From Rhizodiscina lignyota (lineage: Eukaryota), in the NCBI GenBank assembly GCA_010015805.1, contig ML978121.1:1426001-1490000 (forward strand): a DNA stretch of 64,000 nucleotides, read 5' to 3'. The number at the start of each line of letters is the position of its first letter. Position 1 is the stretch's first letter. Positions 61,201 to 64,000 of the stretch are shown one piece after another. Made by a program: the position numbers and the translations under genes. Below the pieces are notes generated by a model. That model had not been told where the DNA came from. It made no database searches and saw only the letters and a program-made list of their open reading frames with translations.

Positions 61201-61647
61201 TGACAGTGCTACGACATACATCTCTCCAGGCAGCACCGTTGTGAGTGGTCTCTGCGGCAGGCGCGCATAACCAGTACGTTTCGTTTGTGAGGTCTCTTCT
61301 CTGAGGTGGGATGACAAGTTCGGATTTGAATCGAATCGTCTACTGTTCGGTACAGTACAGTCTGTTGGTCAATCTGACCAGAATGTGGATGATCTATCAT
61401 GCGTAAATCGCGACCGTCAGTCTAGATGTGGTTCCCAAAATTCCAGTCCGTCTATGTCTTGGTAACATAACCATCATTCCTGCCTCCTTTCCATGTCCCT
61501 GAAACCCATATGTTACAACAGCGCTTGGGAAACCGAACCGAAAACGCCAGTACTATGCAGTAAGCAGAATTTCGTATAACACGTCCAACCATATGTTTTT
61601 CATCTCCCAGTGACGTTGATCGATATCTTCGTTTCACGTCTTCGGTT

Positions 61648-62819
61648 TCACGTCTTCGGGACTTCCAGATGTGATTTCTTAAGCGCTAAGTTCAGATCCC
61701 CTTGTGTGAAATGCTCGTCGTTTCTCTGCGTCGGCGATTTCGCTATGCCGTTCGTGAGAGGCGACTTCGGTCGCGTTACAAGTCGGCTCGACTGATTTCG
61801 CGGCCGCGGCGATGTCGGTCGCGATGCGCCGGCGGTGGTATCTTCATTTGTCGCCTGGCGAGAGAGCCCGACTGTGAGGGAAGACTCACGTCAGCGCCGG
61901 GTGTCTATACGAAGAACTCTTAATATCGGACATGTACGGCAAAGCAATGGATTGCTACTAGGGAGGTAGACATGTATGCGCCACTTCCAAGTCTACAGTG
62001 AGACCAAGTAGAGTGATGATGCTTGCAGAGAAGTAATACGAGAGTATGAGGGGACAATGGAGGAATGATGGTTAGGGGCACGAATCTAAACGGCTATGTC
62101 TATGCCATCCATGTCTATGAAGAGCACTCTCTCGGCTCCTTCGGACAACAATCAACGCCAATCTCATGAAGAGCATACTCCTCCCGGCTCTTTCGGCTGC
62201 AATGCGACATGAGGAAATGATGGACAATGAACGCCAACCCAATGAAGAGCATACTCCTCTCGGCTCTTTCGGATGCAACGCGACATGAGAAATGCTGGAC
62301 AATTAACGCCAAACCAATGCAATCGTGACTTTCATGTGTAGCTTAGAACGACCATGACTCCAAGGAAGACCTCAACGCACCGTTTGCAACGTCGCTTGCA
62401 TCTTCCTTTCCTTCCTCTAGCCCATCGGGAGGAAGCTCTAAGCTCCCACCCCTCTGAAAGCTCTTCCTCATTCCTGCCGTGCCAGCCGTCGTCACGCTCC
62501 CATTTCTCGATGGTCCAGTTGTGACACTGCCCGCACGACTGGGCATTCTGCTTCCCATCGGACTGTACATGCTCTGATGCGACCTTCGCCGCCACGCTTT
62601 TGCGAACGAGAATGCTTCAAGATGCTCCTTGTGTTCTTTGGCGACAGGTCGCCGGTATTTTAACGGCGGCATCTTCTCTCCCGGCTTATAAACATTTGGA
62701 TTTGTACGGTAGTCGAGGGTGGTGCCATTGGTGTTGGTTTTGGAGAGCGAGGAGGTATCGGAGTTGCCGCTGGAGGAGTTGCGGGAGAATGTCTTCCTCA
62801 GGCGCTCGCGGAAAGGCAT
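61648..62819 (-). CDS. Conserved small uncharacterised Ser/Arg-rich protein (2 exons; intron 62380-61872)
   Basis: MPFRERLRKTFSR...YKPGEKMPPLKYRRPVAKEHKEHLEAFSF..AWRRRS..S.YSPMGSRMPSR...DVAN/VGLSRQAT...FTQGDLNLALKKSHLEVPKT*. GTGCGT donor, GCTGAC branch site and CAG acceptor. Exon 2 is not in the ORF track. Confidence 0.82.
62117..62316. repeat. Intronic tandem repeat of three units (49, 76 and 75 bp)
   Basis: Units start ATGAAGAGCA at 62117, 62166 and 62242 and share CTC..CGGCTC.TTCGG and ACAAT.AACGCCAA. The first unit has an internal deletion. Confidence 0.9.
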
Positions 62820-64000
62820 GGTGGCTGAATTGGATATTTATTTCGAGAATATTAGAATGGAAGAATATTTAATTGAAGGCCAATTGATCGCTAAAATATG
62901 GCGTTTGACGTTATGGAGGCGGAGATTAGCGGCCTGACGATTGGTGGTCGAGGCGTGGCGGCGTCATGCACGCGATAGGGATCGCGTCGATAAGGTGACG
63001 TTCTGGAAGACGGTTCGATGCAGGCTGTGCCAGCGTTATAAGAGAGACATATCTACCTGCGGTTTCAGGTTCGGAGATGAAGAGATATCCAAAGCACCGC
63101 GAGACATGTGAGAAGGCGGCGTACGTACGCACGTCGAGAGGTCGAGCGGATATTTTAAATACGCCTCATGCCTGGCGATTCTCCCGCCGCCCGCAAGGTG
63201 GCATCCGAATCGTGGGTGCGTGTTTGGGGTGTGATGGGGACGGGGGATGCTCCTTGGGGCAAAACCGGGGCTTGCGGGAGGTTGCGGCTCCTTAGCTTGA
63301 ACATGCTTCGCTGAGCTTTTCCTCGCCTTCGCGACGCTGCTGGGATGGCATGCTCTGCACGGCTAAACGTTGGGCGGAGCTCGTTGGTCGTTCAGGAAGG
63401 TGGCCGGACAAGCTCCTGAAAGCGTTGGGGAAGGCTGACTGCTGCTTTCTTGGTCGCTGAAGCTTTGATGCTTTTGGGGACTGCCAATTCGTATCTGGCA
63501 CACATCCTGCATGGTGTTGCATCTCTGCTCGTTAGGAGGCTGACAGTTGTTTGGCATGGTCCCTCTCGTCTTACGGGGGTCTATTACGATACGCAGATTT
63601 GATCAACCCACGATCTTCCAGCGTGCTCTCGGTGCCTCGCGGATTCGCGCTGTCGTTTACCATGTTTCGATTGTGGCGAGCGCTTTGTCGGGAAAGAACC
63701 GGATCAACGGTTGTCTTACGACCCCCACTGATAGCATATTTGCCTGTAAAAGGGAGGCAGGTCTTACTAGAGATAGCAGAAGGGTCGAGGGATACTTGGG
63801 TACTTCGCCCCATGTCAGAGAAGGAATTCAGCCGTCGGATGCGGCCGAGCATGGTGGGATTATTGCAGCCACAGCCAGCCACTTCGTAGTTCGTAATGCT
63901 GTCCAGAGCGACGAGCAACCTGGAAGAGTGCATTCAGCTCGGGGCTGCGCAGAACACGAGTTCACGAGACGTGCGGAGCCTGATTGAGGCAGGCATAGCA

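Noticed and set aside
62117..62316. CRISPR-like array
   Set aside because: The context is a eukaryotic intron, whole units repeat with no unique spacers, and there are no cas genes.
52410..62819. cAMP/PKA-themed gene cluster (PDE1 plus proteins with RRxS sites)
   Set aside because: RRxS motifs are common in disordered fungal proteins and ATG27 intervenes. There is no evidence beyond adjacency.

Overview
Nuclear DNA of a filamentous ascomycete (Pezizomycotina; GT-AG introns with CTRAC/CTAAC branch points, RIP-type mutations). About 19 protein-coding genes can be modelled. Core genes: transaldolase, Cu/Zn SOD1 and Tudor-SN (SND1) in tandem; a nitrilase; an RfeG-like regulator; a GFA/CENP-V protein; carnosine N-methyltransferase; a cupin; a divergent MRPS9/eEF1B-gamma pair with an intronic snR38-like C/D snoRNA; class II cAMP phosphodiesterase; ATG27; a BrlA-like C2H2 factor; and several conserved uncharacterised proteins. 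The most system-like arrangement is a head-to-head pair of a cellulose-synthase-like GT2 and a predicted membrane-anchored GH12 endoglucanase (32.4-36.9 kb). Two accessory stretches (about 9-17 kb and 21-32 kb) contain a PD-(D/E)xK-like protein, a RIP-damaged LINE gag remnant, an orphan coiled-coil/TM protein with tandem TQT motifs, and scattered, rearranged pieces of one unknown GIY-YIG-like gene family. One of those pieces sits between two copies of the last exon of an acyl-CoA dehydrogenase fragment, and only one copy shows RIP damage. All exon models and family calls were made by eye and from recall, with no database search.
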